Virus record (IMG/VR): IMGVR_UViG_3300012924_000012
Span: 1 to 54,110 of that record
Origin: a virus
Taxonomy: Duplodnaviria; Caudoviricetes
Length of the DNA stretch: 54,110 nucleotides
Reading direction: 5' to 3' (one strand)
Part shown: in pieces, positions 36,847-45,882 of the stretch
Numbering within the stretch: the first letter of the stretch is position 1
Layout: the number at the start of each line of letters is the position of its first letter
The notes under the pieces: generated by a model
Seen by the model: the letters and a program-made list of their open reading frames with translations, nothing else
Told to the model about the DNA's origin: nothing
The model's database searches: none
Program-made: the position numbers and the translations under genes

Positions 36847-37425
36847 TTATGAGCTAGAACCTGCAATCGTTATCCTCTTTGCCGGAACCATTAAAGCGCC
36901 ATCAGGCAGAGACGTTAGAGTAGTGGTATTAAATGTTGCAGTTCCATTACTTGCCCACATATAGAACTTTATTTGCTGTCCCGCGACAAAATTGGCATTT
37001 ACTGAAAATATAAGTTGACCCTGAATATTGACATTTATATTTTGCTGCCTACCAGATAATGTTACTGCTGAAAATCCAGAGCCAGTATTTATTTCTGCGC
37101 CATAAAAAACTGTAGTTAAAACAGAATTAAAACAATTTACAGCTAAAATAATGGAATAAATACCAGGGGTTATGATAGTAACTATACCTGTACCTGTATC
37201 ATATCCCATATTTACATTAGAATTAACGGTTGGGAATACTATAACCGTCGGTGTGGATGGAATTAGTTGTGAAGCCGTTGAATCATATACGTCCAGAAAA
37301 GAAATAATATCGGGAGATAAACCAGCATTAATTTGCGTTACAACACTAGCCAAATCAGTCATATCCTGAGTTAAATCGGCCTGCCGCTGGGTAGGATTTT
37401 GGTATCTACTTGGAAGAGTAATCAT
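36847..37425 (-). CDS. Virion decoration/fibre protein (TLP..YQN family, C1q/BclA-like C-domain)
   Basis: Shared N-terminus; YDTGTGIVTIITPGIY. Confidence 0.65.
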   Translation of the reverse strand: MITLPSRYQNPTQRQADLTQDMTDLASVVTQINAGLSPDIISFLDVYDSTASQLIPSTPTVIVFPTVNSNVNMGYDTGTGIVTIITPGIYSIILAVNCFNSVLTTVFYGAEINTGSGFSAVTLSGRQQNINVNIQGQLIFSVNANFVAGQQIKFYMWASNGTATFNTTTLTSLPDGALMVPAKRITIAGSSS

Positions 37426-37433
37426 TTTTCCAC

Positions 37434-37742
37434 CTATGGACGATTGTAAAAAATAGTACAGCTTACCGTTCCAGTAATTACGACATTGCACCCAGTTTTA
37501 TATTTAGCTGGAAGAGAATAAAAAGTTGATGCAACCGGAATAAAAGTATCAATTATCTTTGTTGATGTCCCTGCGGCTGGATCGTCATATACCGTAATGG
37601 TCGGAGTTGCAGAAGCAGCAGAAACAAAAATTCCTCTGATAAATCCATTAGATGCTGTTGCACTTCCAACAGTAGCGACGTTAACCGTCGCACTTGTCTG
37701 TGCATAGTCATAGCAGTCCGTAATAATTTGGTTTGTTGACAT
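37434..37742 (-). CDS. Small structural protein
   Basis: TITVYDDPAAG; beta-rich. Confidence 0.6.
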   Translation of the reverse strand: MSTNQIITDCYDYAQTSATVNVATVGSATASNGFIRGIFVSAASATPTITVYDDPAAGTSTKIIDTFIPVASTFYSLPAKYKTGCNVVITGTVSCTIFYNRP

Positions 37743-37751
37743 AGTTTTCCT

Positions 37752-39809
37752 TTATCCTGGCGCTTGTGCCTGGGCGTCTTGCATCTGTTGTGGATTCACT
37801 GCACCTGGCGGTTGCTGGCCTGCCTTTGGTGGAGCCGGTACAGCCCCAGGGCGCGGTGTTCCTGCTACTCCTGGGGGGTTACTACCTCCTAAGCCTCCCG
37901 GCGTGCCTGGGTAGCCCTGTGGTGCGGCCTGTTGCTGCTTTTTCTGGATCGCTTGGATATGTTCTTGGATATGCTGGCGGAATTTCCCGTTTAGGTCGCC
38001 AGTTACTTGCGCGCCTTGTTGGTGTTCTTTGATATGTTCAACATCGTCATCAAGTGGGGAGACAATCGCAGGAATATTATTGACCATGAATTCATTTTCA
38101 ATCGAGGCCGGTACAGAAATTTTAGTACGTTCATCGATCAAGACGTTTTGTGCCATAGTCGGACCTAAAACAGCTTCATTTAGGAAATCAATCATCGGAC
38201 CAAGATCAAGTTTTCGACCATTTAGAACCTGCGGCGGCATACCACGTAAAACATTCATCCAAGAGATCATTTGTTGATTGTTCTGCGCACCCATCGCTTT
38301 ATCTGCACCTAACCATTTGAACCAATACCGATGTCCAACCTGTTGCGGTGGAATTTTTTCAATAGAACTCTGTACGCCATGCTCGCCATCAATCATGACG
38401 GCTAGTTCTTCATCACGGAATTGTAAATCTAGGTCATAAAACCATTCCATGATTCGATTCATAATTCCAAATTCAAAACGCTTAACTACATCTCCAATCG
38501 TTGCCATTGCTTCTTGGCTTTGTGCGCCAATTGCTTGTGCATTTTTCTTTCCTGACGGTGGACGACCAAGCATTATTTCATTTACATCCATCGATTCCAT
38601 GATCTGAGCTTTGATCGCGCCCTTAATCGTCAAAGCATGTTGATAAAGTGGCGGGAATTCCACTACCTTAGTGTCATTTGGATTGGTAGACCAGACAGCA
38701 GCCATTGCCATAACCATAGACGAATATTGTGGATTCTTTAATGGGTCTGTCATCACGATTGGCATAAGAGAATACATTGCCGAATCCATTCCCATATTAG
38801 TAATATCGTTTAATTCATATTGCAATGGTGCGACATTCTTAACTTTAGAGCGCCCCCAAAATGAACCAGCAACTTTATCTACTGGCTCAGAAATCATCGG
38901 GATTTTTTGGTTCCAATAAGGATTAGCAATGATTCCTAGTACATTATCCGGTCCACCAAGATATATAATTGCTGGCTTCTTTTCACCATCAAGTTTTAAC
39001 TTGGCAAATACCATATAAATCAAGCCAAATTTTTGACCTGATTTCAATTTAATCCCGGCCTCTGCTGTCCTAGCTTTTTCAGCCCAAATTACTTTTTCAT
39101 CTCCTGCATCTTTCGTCAAAAGCTTGACTTGGCTCTTGAGAAATATTCCTTCCTCGACCATATCGTCAATTGCATCGGTTGTTAGCCGCATTGCGACTGC
39201 GACGATTTCGGCATCTTGAATATCTGAGACAGTTGCTGGAAAGACCCATAAATCTTGAGCCGGAATAACTGTTAATTCTGGTCCTTCATCAATGATTGTT
39301 TCAGTCTCTACATCGGGATAATCCTCTGTCGTACCGTCAAGCGTCTTCTGAACTTTTCGCGTGATTTTCCGTTCTTTACGCTTCCATCCGGGCATAACGG
39401 ACCATTGCCCCTCGATATCACCGTTTAGAAATAAAGTAGATGCTACAGCCCGGAGGTTCGTATCTTTGATATACCGTTGCAAGATAGATAGCGTTGCTAT
39501 TGGCATGTCACCCTGTTCTGAAACTACCTCAAGGTTATTCCCAACATTGGGAAAGCACATCCCAGTAAAGCGTTTTCTACGCGCTTCTAATGCATCATGT
39601 ACGATAGGCTCAAATATTTCTGAATCACCGTCATATTGCTGATTATCGCCAAGCTCGCAGTTATAGATATCCCAGCATTCTTCTATTGAATCATTTTGAT
39701 CTTTCTTTTCCTCACGAAATCCGGTAATTATTTGATCGTAAAGCCTTGCGCATTTCTCTTGCAATTGCTTATTCGATGCATAATTTTTGATTTTTTCTTC
39801 AGCCATCAT
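37752..39809 (-). CDS. Portal protein
   Basis: 685 aa after terminase; SFWGRS...PLQYELN; DDDVEHIKEH; Q/P tail. Confidence 0.85.
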   Translation of the reverse strand: MMAEEKIKNYASNKQLQEKCARLYDQIITGFREEKKDQNDSIEECWDIYNCELGDNQQYDGDSEIFEPIVHDALEARRKRFTGMCFPNVGNNLEVVSEQGDMPIATLSILQRYIKDTNLRAVASTLFLNGDIEGQWSVMPGWKRKERKITRKVQKTLDGTTEDYPDVETETIIDEGPELTVIPAQDLWVFPATVSDIQDAEIVAVAMRLTTDAIDDMVEEGIFLKSQVKLLTKDAGDEKVIWAEKARTAEAGIKLKSGQKFGLIYMVFAKLKLDGEKKPAIIYLGGPDNVLGIIANPYWNQKIPMISEPVDKVAGSFWGRSKVKNVAPLQYELNDITNMGMDSAMYSLMPIVMTDPLKNPQYSSMVMAMAAVWSTNPNDTKVVEFPPLYQHALTIKGAIKAQIMESMDVNEIMLGRPPSGKKNAQAIGAQSQEAMATIGDVVKRFEFGIMNRIMEWFYDLDLQFRDEELAVMIDGEHGVQSSIEKIPPQQVGHRYWFKWLGADKAMGAQNNQQMISWMNVLRGMPPQVLNGRKLDLGPMIDFLNEAVLGPTMAQNVLIDERTKISVPASIENEFMVNNIPAIVSPLDDDVEHIKEHQQGAQVTGDLNGKFRQHIQEHIQAIQKKQQQAAPQGYPGTPGGLGGSNPPGVAGTPRPGAVPAPPKAGQQPPGAVNPQQMQDAQAQAPG

Positions 39810-39997
39810 TTTTTCCGGGAGGTCGTTGTCGGTTTTTTCTCAACTATTTTTTGCATTTCTTTGATTTTCTTTTCCGCCTCACGTTTAGCCGCAGCCATGC
39901 GAGTACGATCTGCTTCAATTTCTTTGGCACGGGAAAGCGTATGCATATCCTCTATCGCTCGCCACTTTGCCTCATCAAATGATTTACTCGTTGCCAT
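39806..39997 (-). CDS. Small conserved basic protein
   Basis: KWRAIEDMHTLSRAKEIEADRTRM. Confidence 0.6.
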   Translation of the reverse strand: MATSKSFDEAKWRAIEDMHTLSRAKEIEADRTRMAAAKREAEKKIKEMQKIVEKKPTTTSRKK

Positions 39998-40736
39998 ATC
40001 GTCTTCCCGGTCTTGAGGTTCTATACGAAATACCACCTTGCGTTGTCGTGTAATGTCCTGATTTTTCATTTGAATATGAAAGCATTGGTATTGCTCTAAC
40101 GATATATCTCATGCAATCAAGAGCATGATCGTTTTTCTTAACAATTGCGCCGTTTGTATCCCTGCGATAGAAAGGAAGTTCTTTTAAGAGATTGCTTAGA
40201 GTATTGAATATTTTCAATCTTCCAGATGTCATACGTTGATAAACATCATATATCCCAGCCTCCCTAGCATTATCTGCCAATGCTAGTTTTAGACCTTCAT
40301 TTCTGTATAACTGAATCAACTTTTCGCCGTCAATTTGTGATTTACCCTGAGACGCTGGATCAATAAATCCTGTCATTTCTCCGCGAGCTTTGATTGCTGA
40401 AGCATGGACGGCAGGCTCTGCCATTCCTTGATAATGTTCGGAATAGAGATAAAGTACATCAGATTCACGGTCTAATGCAGCCCATACAGCAGCCGTCTTA
40501 TTCCAACCAACGTCTAGGGCATAACCTTTAGGCCAATATTTCGGCAGTTCAAACGGTTCAACTATTAATTCTTGTATGTCAATTGGATATACCTTTCCTG
40601 AACCGATGGAAGGAATACCTTTTGCCCTGGCTTCACGTTCATGAACAGGAATTGATTCCCAAAGTTCCTTTTTAGTCGCTTCGTCAAGGTGTAAAACCTG
40701 ATCCCAATTGCAAGTTATATAGAATTTACCTAACAC
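39984..40736 (-). CDS. terL: Terminase large subunit, C-terminal part (ATPase lid plus nuclease)
   Basis: ITCNWDQVLHL, ARAKGIP, ALDVGW, IDPAS, NDHALDCMRY; in frame with 40749-41447. Confidence 0.9.
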   Translation of the reverse strand: MLGKFYITCNWDQVLHLDEATKKELWESIPVHEREARAKGIPSIGSGKVYPIDIQELIVEPFELPKYWPKGYALDVGWNKTAAVWAALDRESDVLYLYSEHYQGMAEPAVHASAIKARGEMTGFIDPASQGKSQIDGEKLIQLYRNEGLKLALADNAREAGIYDVYQRMTSGRLKIFNTLSNLLKELPFYRRDTNGAIVKKNDHALDCMRYIVRAIPMLSYSNEKSGHYTTTQGGISYRTSRPGRRYGNE

Positions 40737-40748
40737 AATGGTCTCGCA

Positions 40749-41447
40749 TCATTTTTTAGGTTCACCGCAAGTACCATGTTCCATAAACGACTGTGTCACC
40801 TCTGTCATGCCGAGCATTGGTGTAAAAGTTAGGATCACTAGGCCGTTTGTCGTCATGGTCCTGATGAGACCTTCAGAATAGATCGGCATAGGTGGCTCCT
40901 CATCTAACCATACGCCCTGTTGCTCTGTACCTTGCCAAGCCTCGCGGCCCTGGTCATAGGACTTTAATTGCACAACTGAACGACCACCAGAAAGATGCTT
41001 TACATAAATATTCTCAACAGCATCTGGAACACCACGTTTATTAGAGGTATCTATCAATAAATTACCCGGAATTAGACCTGTACCAAAATCGCCAATTTTC
41101 CCAAGCAATTTAAATTGAATGATGTCCCGAACGGTGGTTGCGGTATCGCCTCCAATCCACCAGGATACCGGCTTGTCAAACCGCCTTCCTATCCACCAAT
41201 CTGGATAACGCCCCGTTAAATGAAGGACCGTTTCGTAACCGCCAATGGATTCTGTCTTGCCAGTCCTGTTACCTGCGAGAACGAGCCGTTCCCGATAGTG
41301 TTTTCCAGCTTCAAAGAAAGCCATATGAACCGGATACCCGGCCCGGTTCTCAGGAGTGACGTAGAAGGTATCGATCTTGTTACGCTGCTTACGCCGCTCT
41401 AGCTCCCGAATAATGGTTTCGGTGGCATAGCGGTCTTCAGGACTCAT
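40749..41447 (-). CDS. terL: Terminase large subunit, N-terminal ATPase part (P22 gp2-like)
   Basis: Walker A AGNRTGKT, Walker B VWLDEEPP, coupling motif LTFTP; ends at TGA 40751-40749. Confidence 0.9.
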   Translation of the reverse strand: MSPEDRYATETIIRELERRKQRNKIDTFYVTPENRAGYPVHMAFFEAGKHYRERLVLAGNRTGKTESIGGYETVLHLTGRYPDWWIGRRFDKPVSWWIGGDTATTVRDIIQFKLLGKIGDFGTGLIPGNLLIDTSNKRGVPDAVENIYVKHLSGGRSVVQLKSYDQGREAWQGTEQQGVWLDEEPPMPIYSEGLIRTMTTNGLVILTFTPMLGMTEVTQSFMEHGTCGEPKK

Positions 41448-41896
41448 GCAATGACGCCTGAACCAACCGCAAAGGCACCTTGGATAGTGACAGCCGGTGT
41501 AGTTACGTTCGTTACGGTGCCGACGAAGACCCGCATAGCTGCGATTGGAACCGTAGTAGTCCCGGATAGCGTTACGCCAGTCCCTGCGGCTAACGTCACT
41601 GCGCCCGAGCTTGTATTGACGTTTACATACATAAACATGAACGTCATCCCTAGAAAGACGCCTGGACCAATCGCATTGATGATGTTCGTAGCTGTATCTG
41701 TAGTTGAAGTTACCGCTGCCGTTGCGCCTGAACGAACATAGATACCTGCATCCATTTGCTGGCCGGTCAAAGTGTCAGTTACACCAGCAGATGCTAAAGA
41801 AGCAATAGCCGGGTTGCCGGACTGAAACAATGCAACAACATCGCCGAAGGCTGGGATTGCGCCTTGATTACCAGGGATACCATGAGAGAAAGCCAT
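41444..41896 (-). CDS. Capsid decoration-like protein
   Basis: GGAG RBS; TTDTATNIINAI; VTLAAGTGVTL. Confidence 0.6.
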   Translation of the reverse strand: MAFSHGIPGNQGAIPAFGDVVALFQSGNPAIASLASAGVTDTLTGQQMDAGIYVRSGATAAVTSTTDTATNIINAIGPGVFLGMTFMFMYVNVNTSSGAVTLAAGTGVTLSGTTTVPIAAMRVFVGTVTNVTTPAVTIQGAFAVGSGVIA

Positions 41897-42007
41897 TTTG
41901 AATACTCCAAAAAAAAAGCCGCTCAAGGCGACTTGTACATCATTCGTAATTGCGTTTTCACAATTTCTATGCTACCTTGATAGCTCTCAACTTACTTGGA
42001 GTTACCT

Positions 42008-42295
42008 ATGAAACTGCTACTTTGTTTGTTTTTGCTTGGTTCCGTAACTGGATGTGCTGGCATCGCTGCCGAGCTTGATAGAGAAAGACAATGGAGGGAT
42101 GATCATCCTGAACAAGTCGCGCAGCAGATGCAGTACCAACAGCAATTGCGGCTACAACAAGCACAAGCAAATCAACAAGCTTTACAACAATATAGGCAAA
42201 ACAATCCAGTCAAACAAATAGACCAACAGTGCGCTCAACAATGTACACAGAGCGGATATCAATTTGGTCTGTGTCAAAGTAAATGTTCCTATTGA
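42008..42295 (+). CDS. Lipoprotein moron (Q-rich, Cys4 C-terminus)
   Basis: MKLLLCLFLLGSVTGC lipobox; opposite strand to late genes. Confidence 0.7.
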   Translation: MKLLLCLFLLGSVTGCAGIAAELDRERQWRDDHPEQVAQQMQYQQQLRLQQAQANQQALQQYRQNNPVKQIDQQCAQQCTQSGYQFGLCQSKCSY

Positions 42296-42465
42296 GATGC
42301 CCTGTATCTAACTCTACGGTTCCATGCAGCAATGACTAAAGCCGGGTCTTTATCTGGCTTTTTCATTTGTAGACCACAATCCAAACACCGGACCTGTATA
42401 GCTTCGGGCGTTATCTCTACTTCAGGCAAAGACCCGCAACAGGGACATGTCAAAAGTTCCATCAT
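42289..42465 (-). CDS. Lar-like restriction-alleviation zinc-ribbon protein (not in ORF track)
   Basis: MELLTCPCCGS...VRCLDCG...IAAWNRR. Confidence 0.6.
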   Translation of the reverse strand: MMELLTCPCCGSLPEVEITPEAIQVRCLDCGLQMKKPDKDPALVIAAWNRRVRYRASQ

Positions 42466-42617
42466 TTTTTAACAACGGAATTTGCTTGACGGATTGCTGA
42501 ACCCTCTGATGCACCACTTTTTAGAGCCGAGTTGGCTACATGGCTCCACTGGCGCTGTTTTTTTGGCGTAGCAGCCTGTTTAGTGTGCTTCTTAGCGTCT
42601 TTTTTCTGGTATGGCAT
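42462..42617 (-). CDS. Small basic ChaB-like protein (not in ORF track)
   Basis: TPKKQRQWSHVANSAL...AIRQANSVVKK. Confidence 0.5.
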   Translation of the reverse strand: MPYQKKDAKKHTKQAATPKKQRQWSHVANSALKSGASEGSAIRQANSVVKK

Positions 42618-42619
42618 CG

Positions 42620-42820
42620 TCAAATTTTCCTTGTACGAATCGGCTTAGGTTTCCGCATCGACTCCATAGGGCGTTTTGCAATGTCTGTCGGCATCTTTGC
42701 CATAGATGGTTTCTTACCTTTAGGTGGCATGGCAGGGACGGACTGAGACATTGGCATCTTCGTCTTTTTCATGTTTGATCCTATATGTTGTATGAAATAG
42801 CCTTGAGAATTTTGTTGCAT
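42620..42820 (-). CDS. Small K/M/P-rich basic protein (true start probably at MKKTK)
   Basis: Composition; head of late cluster. Confidence 0.5.
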   Translation of the reverse strand: MQQNSQGYFIQHIGSNMKKTKMPMSQSVPAMPPKGKKPSMAKMPTDIAKRPMESMRKPKPIRTRKI

Positions 42821-42872
42821 TTTCTCAAGGCTATGTTAGAGTGGCATTTCTAAACCACAAGAGGGGAACAAA

Positions 42873-43313
42873 TTGTCACTATCTAATGCGATGAAGCAAC
42901 TAAATATGAGCCTTGAAAAAGCTCAGACTGACCTTGCAAAAGCAGAACAAGCAGTAAAATCTAACCGTATTCAAGTAGCAAAAATACAAGCCGCTATGGA
43001 ATCAATCAACAGTATTGACCCTTCTGTTTTAGGTGAACTCGGACAATTTTCTGACTCAGCGGACGTGAAGCCACGTTCACGCAGTACCGGCTTAGTACCT
43101 GATACCAGGGCAGAATTCTGGCTTGGTTTGATCACTGATCAGCATCAGAAGACCGCTGAACTCTTGAAGAAAGCGACTGAAAAATTAGAAGTTACCGAAG
43201 AAAAAGGCATCGCTTTGATCAAGCAGCGATTGACGTTCTACCTCAAGAAATACACGGATGAGGGGAAGATTCATTCTCAAGGGAAGCAACAAAATCGGAC
43301 ATACTTTCTTTAA
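42873..43313 (+). CDS. Coiled-coil plus winged-helix-like protein
   Basis: GAGGGG RBS; terminator at about 43333-43358. Confidence 0.6.
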   Translation: MSLSNAMKQLNMSLEKAQTDLAKAEQAVKSNRIQVAKIQAAMESINSIDPSVLGELGQFSDSADVKPRSRSTGLVPDTRAEFWLGLITDQHQKTAELLKKATEKLEVTEEKGIALIKQRLTFYLKKYTDEGKIHSQGKQQNRTYFL

Positions 43314-43476
43314 CCGATGCATTACCATCAATGGCCGGGGTCTCCCCGGCTTTTTTTATGGCTGCATAGTTTTCCCAACGCTTTTTGACAGCCAATATAG
43401 CGATCTCTTGCCTGCGCTCTGGCGTCAATGCTGCGGCTCTTGCGAACCCGCCTATCTGTTTATCTGCTCTTTTCAT
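43243..43476 (-). CDS. Small basic protein with GGxARA..LTPERRxEIA motif
   Basis: Recurrent mobile-element motif; own promoter at 43501-43530. Confidence 0.6.
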   Translation of the reverse strand: MKRADKQIGGFARAAALTPERRQEIAILAVKKRWENYAAIKKAGETPAIDGNASVKESMSDFVASLENESSPHPCIS

Positions 43477-43604
43477 AATATCCTTTGCTAAGTCATGCAA
43501 TGTATAAGCCATGCTTGCATAGATCGTCAAGAACTCTAAGCATAAAAAAAGGGACCGTATGGTCCCTTGAGTTACTTTGATTTACTTAATACATTCAGTT
43601 TGAA

Positions 43605-43976
43605 TCACGCATTATCTGCATCAAGCGTGTACTTGAAATAAGCGTCATATGCAGCTACTAGAGCAATGTAGTTTTTTTCTGTATGGAAGCGGCCTTTTGA
43701 CTTGATCAAGCATGCTATGGCGATGACAAGATCGGCAGAAAGCAATTCGCCTTCTTCAAACTTATACTTCCATTTTTCTTTCTTTTGTACTTGCCGGGAA
43801 ATCTCAGCTTCAGCAAGTTTTAGGTCTGCTTGAACCTGGAACCATGCTTCCCGCGCGCCGAGGTAAGCTGGGTTATCACGATCATATTTTTGACGATGCG
43901 CAACACTATAAAACCAATCATCAAATAACTTTACTTCTTCACTATGGTCTGTCTCGGTTTGAGATAAAGGGATCAT
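43605..43976 (-). CDS. Hypothetical protein
   Basis: RBS; KSKGRFHTEKNY; terminator at about 43544-43568. Confidence 0.55.
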   Translation of the reverse strand: MIPLSQTETDHSEEVKLFDDWFYSVAHRQKYDRDNPAYLGAREAWFQVQADLKLAEAEISRQVQKKEKWKYKFEEGELLSADLVIAIACLIKSKGRFHTEKNYIALVAAYDAYFKYTLDADNA

Positions 43977-44121
43977 TTATTTTTACCCTCTTTGATAACA
44001 TAGTCTTGAACAGCCTTTTCAATCAGGCTATTAAACGATAGCCCGTTGATGAGTGCTTTACATGCAAGCCGACAGATCACCGACCAGGGAAGCCGGATTT
44101 GTACATCTTGATAGCGGTCCA

Positions 44122-44403
44122 TCATAGTTCACCCGGAAAGAATCGTTTCTTCAAATCGGCAGCAATGTTTCGTAAGATACGATCCCTAGCCTGTTCTGCG
44201 GCATCCGGGCAACGCTGATTCCAAATACGTCCAATCGCCTCTTGACCCGCTTCCTTGATCTTATCTTGTTCGGGGACGGTTTCAGACAAGTCAAATTCGC
44301 CTTTACAACCTTTGCAGATGATGATGTGGCAAAGCGATCCATCACTATGCTGATGGAAATCTACTTCGCTGCCGCAGTGCGCGCATGGCAAAAGCTCAAT
44401 CAT
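44122..44403 (-). CDS. Lar-like zinc-ribbon protein
   Basis: ELLPCAHCGS...CKGC...WNQR. Confidence 0.65.
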   Translation of the reverse strand: MIELLPCAHCGSEVDFHQHSDGSLCHIIICKGCKGEFDLSETVPEQDKIKEAGQEAIGRIWNQRCPDAAEQARDRILRNIAADLKKRFFPGEL

Positions 44404-44707
44404 CGAGGCTCCCGAAGTCTGAGTCAGGAACGATTACTACATCCCCCAAAATCTGCCATTGCACACCAGGCCGACAGACGCCATGGTAAAGAAACGTTGC
44501 GGCATAGTTCACTGGCAAATTTTTCAGATGTCCGATATCGTCAAGAGCCATAACCATACCATTATGTAATCGGACACTATCAAGAGTATCGGCATTGATT
44601 AATGCATGGATTTCAGAAATAGTTTGAGGCACTTCTAGCAACTCGACCGAACCATCCGCCCGGATTATACGGCGTAAAGTCTCTGAAGGATTAATATTAC
44701 TCATCAT
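44396..44707 (-). CDS. DUF3846-like protein
   Basis: DDIGHLKNLPVNYAAT...ILGDVVIV. Confidence 0.7.
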   Translation of the reverse strand: MMSNINPSETLRRIIRADGSVELLEVPQTISEIHALINADTLDSVRLHNGMVMALDDIGHLKNLPVNYAATFLYHGVCRPGVQWQILGDVVIVPDSDFGSLDD

Positions 44708-44948
44708 CGGCCTTTATCCATGCTGTCTTACCGATGAATTCCATCTGTTCCCAGGTTGCCCGAAAATAAGCTTGACCACCCATTTTTTCTCGGGTACTGA
44801 TCATCTGAATATAACCTTGAGCGCCCCAGGGTTTCAGTTCTGTAACTGTCATAAAACAGCCCCGGAAGAAACATTCTTTCAAGGTCGGATCGATTTGAAC
44901 CACATCGCCAACTTCTAATTCTTTCTTAATCATTCCCAATTCTTTCAT
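44697..44948 (-). CDS. SH3/KOW-like hypothetical protein
   Basis: VGDVVQIDP; KPWGAQGY. Confidence 0.65.
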   Translation of the reverse strand: MKELGMIKKELEVGDVVQIDPTLKECFFRGCFMTVTELKPWGAQGYIQMISTREKMGGQAYFRATWEQMEFIGKTAWIKADDE

Positions 44949-45177
44949 TGCGCGTGCCGAGCGGAACCTCTACTAAACCATAACGATGGATAGCCGATAG
45001 CAATTCATCTTCGGGATACAGAAAAGCCCACATAGTCCCATAGTGATTTGTCATGATTTGATGCGCAGCTTGATAGCTCAAGGCACGTACCTTTACATAA
45101 CATTGTGCCAGCGACTGGCTAAAGCCGAAGGTCGCATAGAACGTTTTCAACTCTTCTTCGTCTTCGTCTAATGACAT
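44926..45177 (-). CDS. Conserved phage hypothetical protein
   Basis: TFYATFG...YGTMWAFLY; AGGAGG RBS. Confidence 0.65.
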   Translation of the reverse strand: MSLDEDEEELKTFYATFGFSQSLAQCYVKVRALSYQAAHQIMTNHYGTMWAFLYPEDELLSAIHRYGLVEVPLGTRNERIGND

Positions 45178-45467
45178 TTACTTGCCTCCTTATAAGTATA
45201 ATGCATGTATAACCTCATGCAAGCATAGTGTCAAGTAAACTCAGGGGGAATTTTAAACCACTAGGTCTTTATGTTTCGCTTCATCAATGTACGCAAGATG
45301 AAAGCCCAAACTTTGGTAAGTTCTTCCGTATCCATATCACTGATCAAACCAATGATTACTGCCCGTCGCTCTTGTTCCACGGTTTTACTAGCTGGCTTCC
45401 ATGTCAATGGAATGTCGCTGTATTCCGTACTTACATAAGGATAAGCGGTGAATTTTTCCATAAATTC

Positions 45468-45686
45468 TTAATATTGATCTGCGCAACGTTTCAGAACTGA
45501 ATTTGTGTATGCATCTGGATCAGATTTCAATACCTTAGTGTGTGACAAGACAGAATGATTTTTCTTCATCTTTTTCCGCTTCTCAATCTGAGTATGGCAA
45601 TTTTCACAGAGCGGCTTACCGCTTTGTTTCTTCGGTCCATCGACGGTAGCCGTCGGTCTCAAGCAAGAGGAACACGTAATTTTCAT
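45468..45686 (-). CDS. Small zinc-finger protein
   Basis: CSSC...CENC. Confidence 0.5.
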   Translation of the reverse strand: MKITCSSCLRPTATVDGPKKQSGKPLCENCHTQIEKRKKMKKNHSVLSHTKVLKSDPDAYTNSVLKRCADQY

Positions 45687-45729
45687 AACCGTTCTTTAAC
45701 CGTTAAATAACCGTGAACTAACCGTTATA
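45686..45729. repeat. Four TAACCGT direct repeats, 11-bp period
   Basis: Starts at 45686, 45697, 45708, 45719. Confidence 0.85.
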
Positions 45730-45882
45730 TGAAACATAGTACTATACCAATACATGCGAAGACCAGGAATAGGACGTAGCAATATATTGCTGCATTCCAA
45801 GCCCATGAGTGTGCATTCAAAGGATCAAAAAGAGGTATGACCAGAGCGACAAGGAACAAGATAATAGCGATAGAAAATAATA

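Noticed and set aside
40749-40751. Genome-wide TGA reassignment
   Set aside because: Many genes end in TGA with ATGA coupling (21410, 23956, 29115, 36425), so TGA is a normal stop; no suppressor tRNA seen
40752-40757. Frameshift on the A6 run before the terL stop
   Set aside because: The downstream part is in the same frame, so a single +1 or -1 shift would not join them
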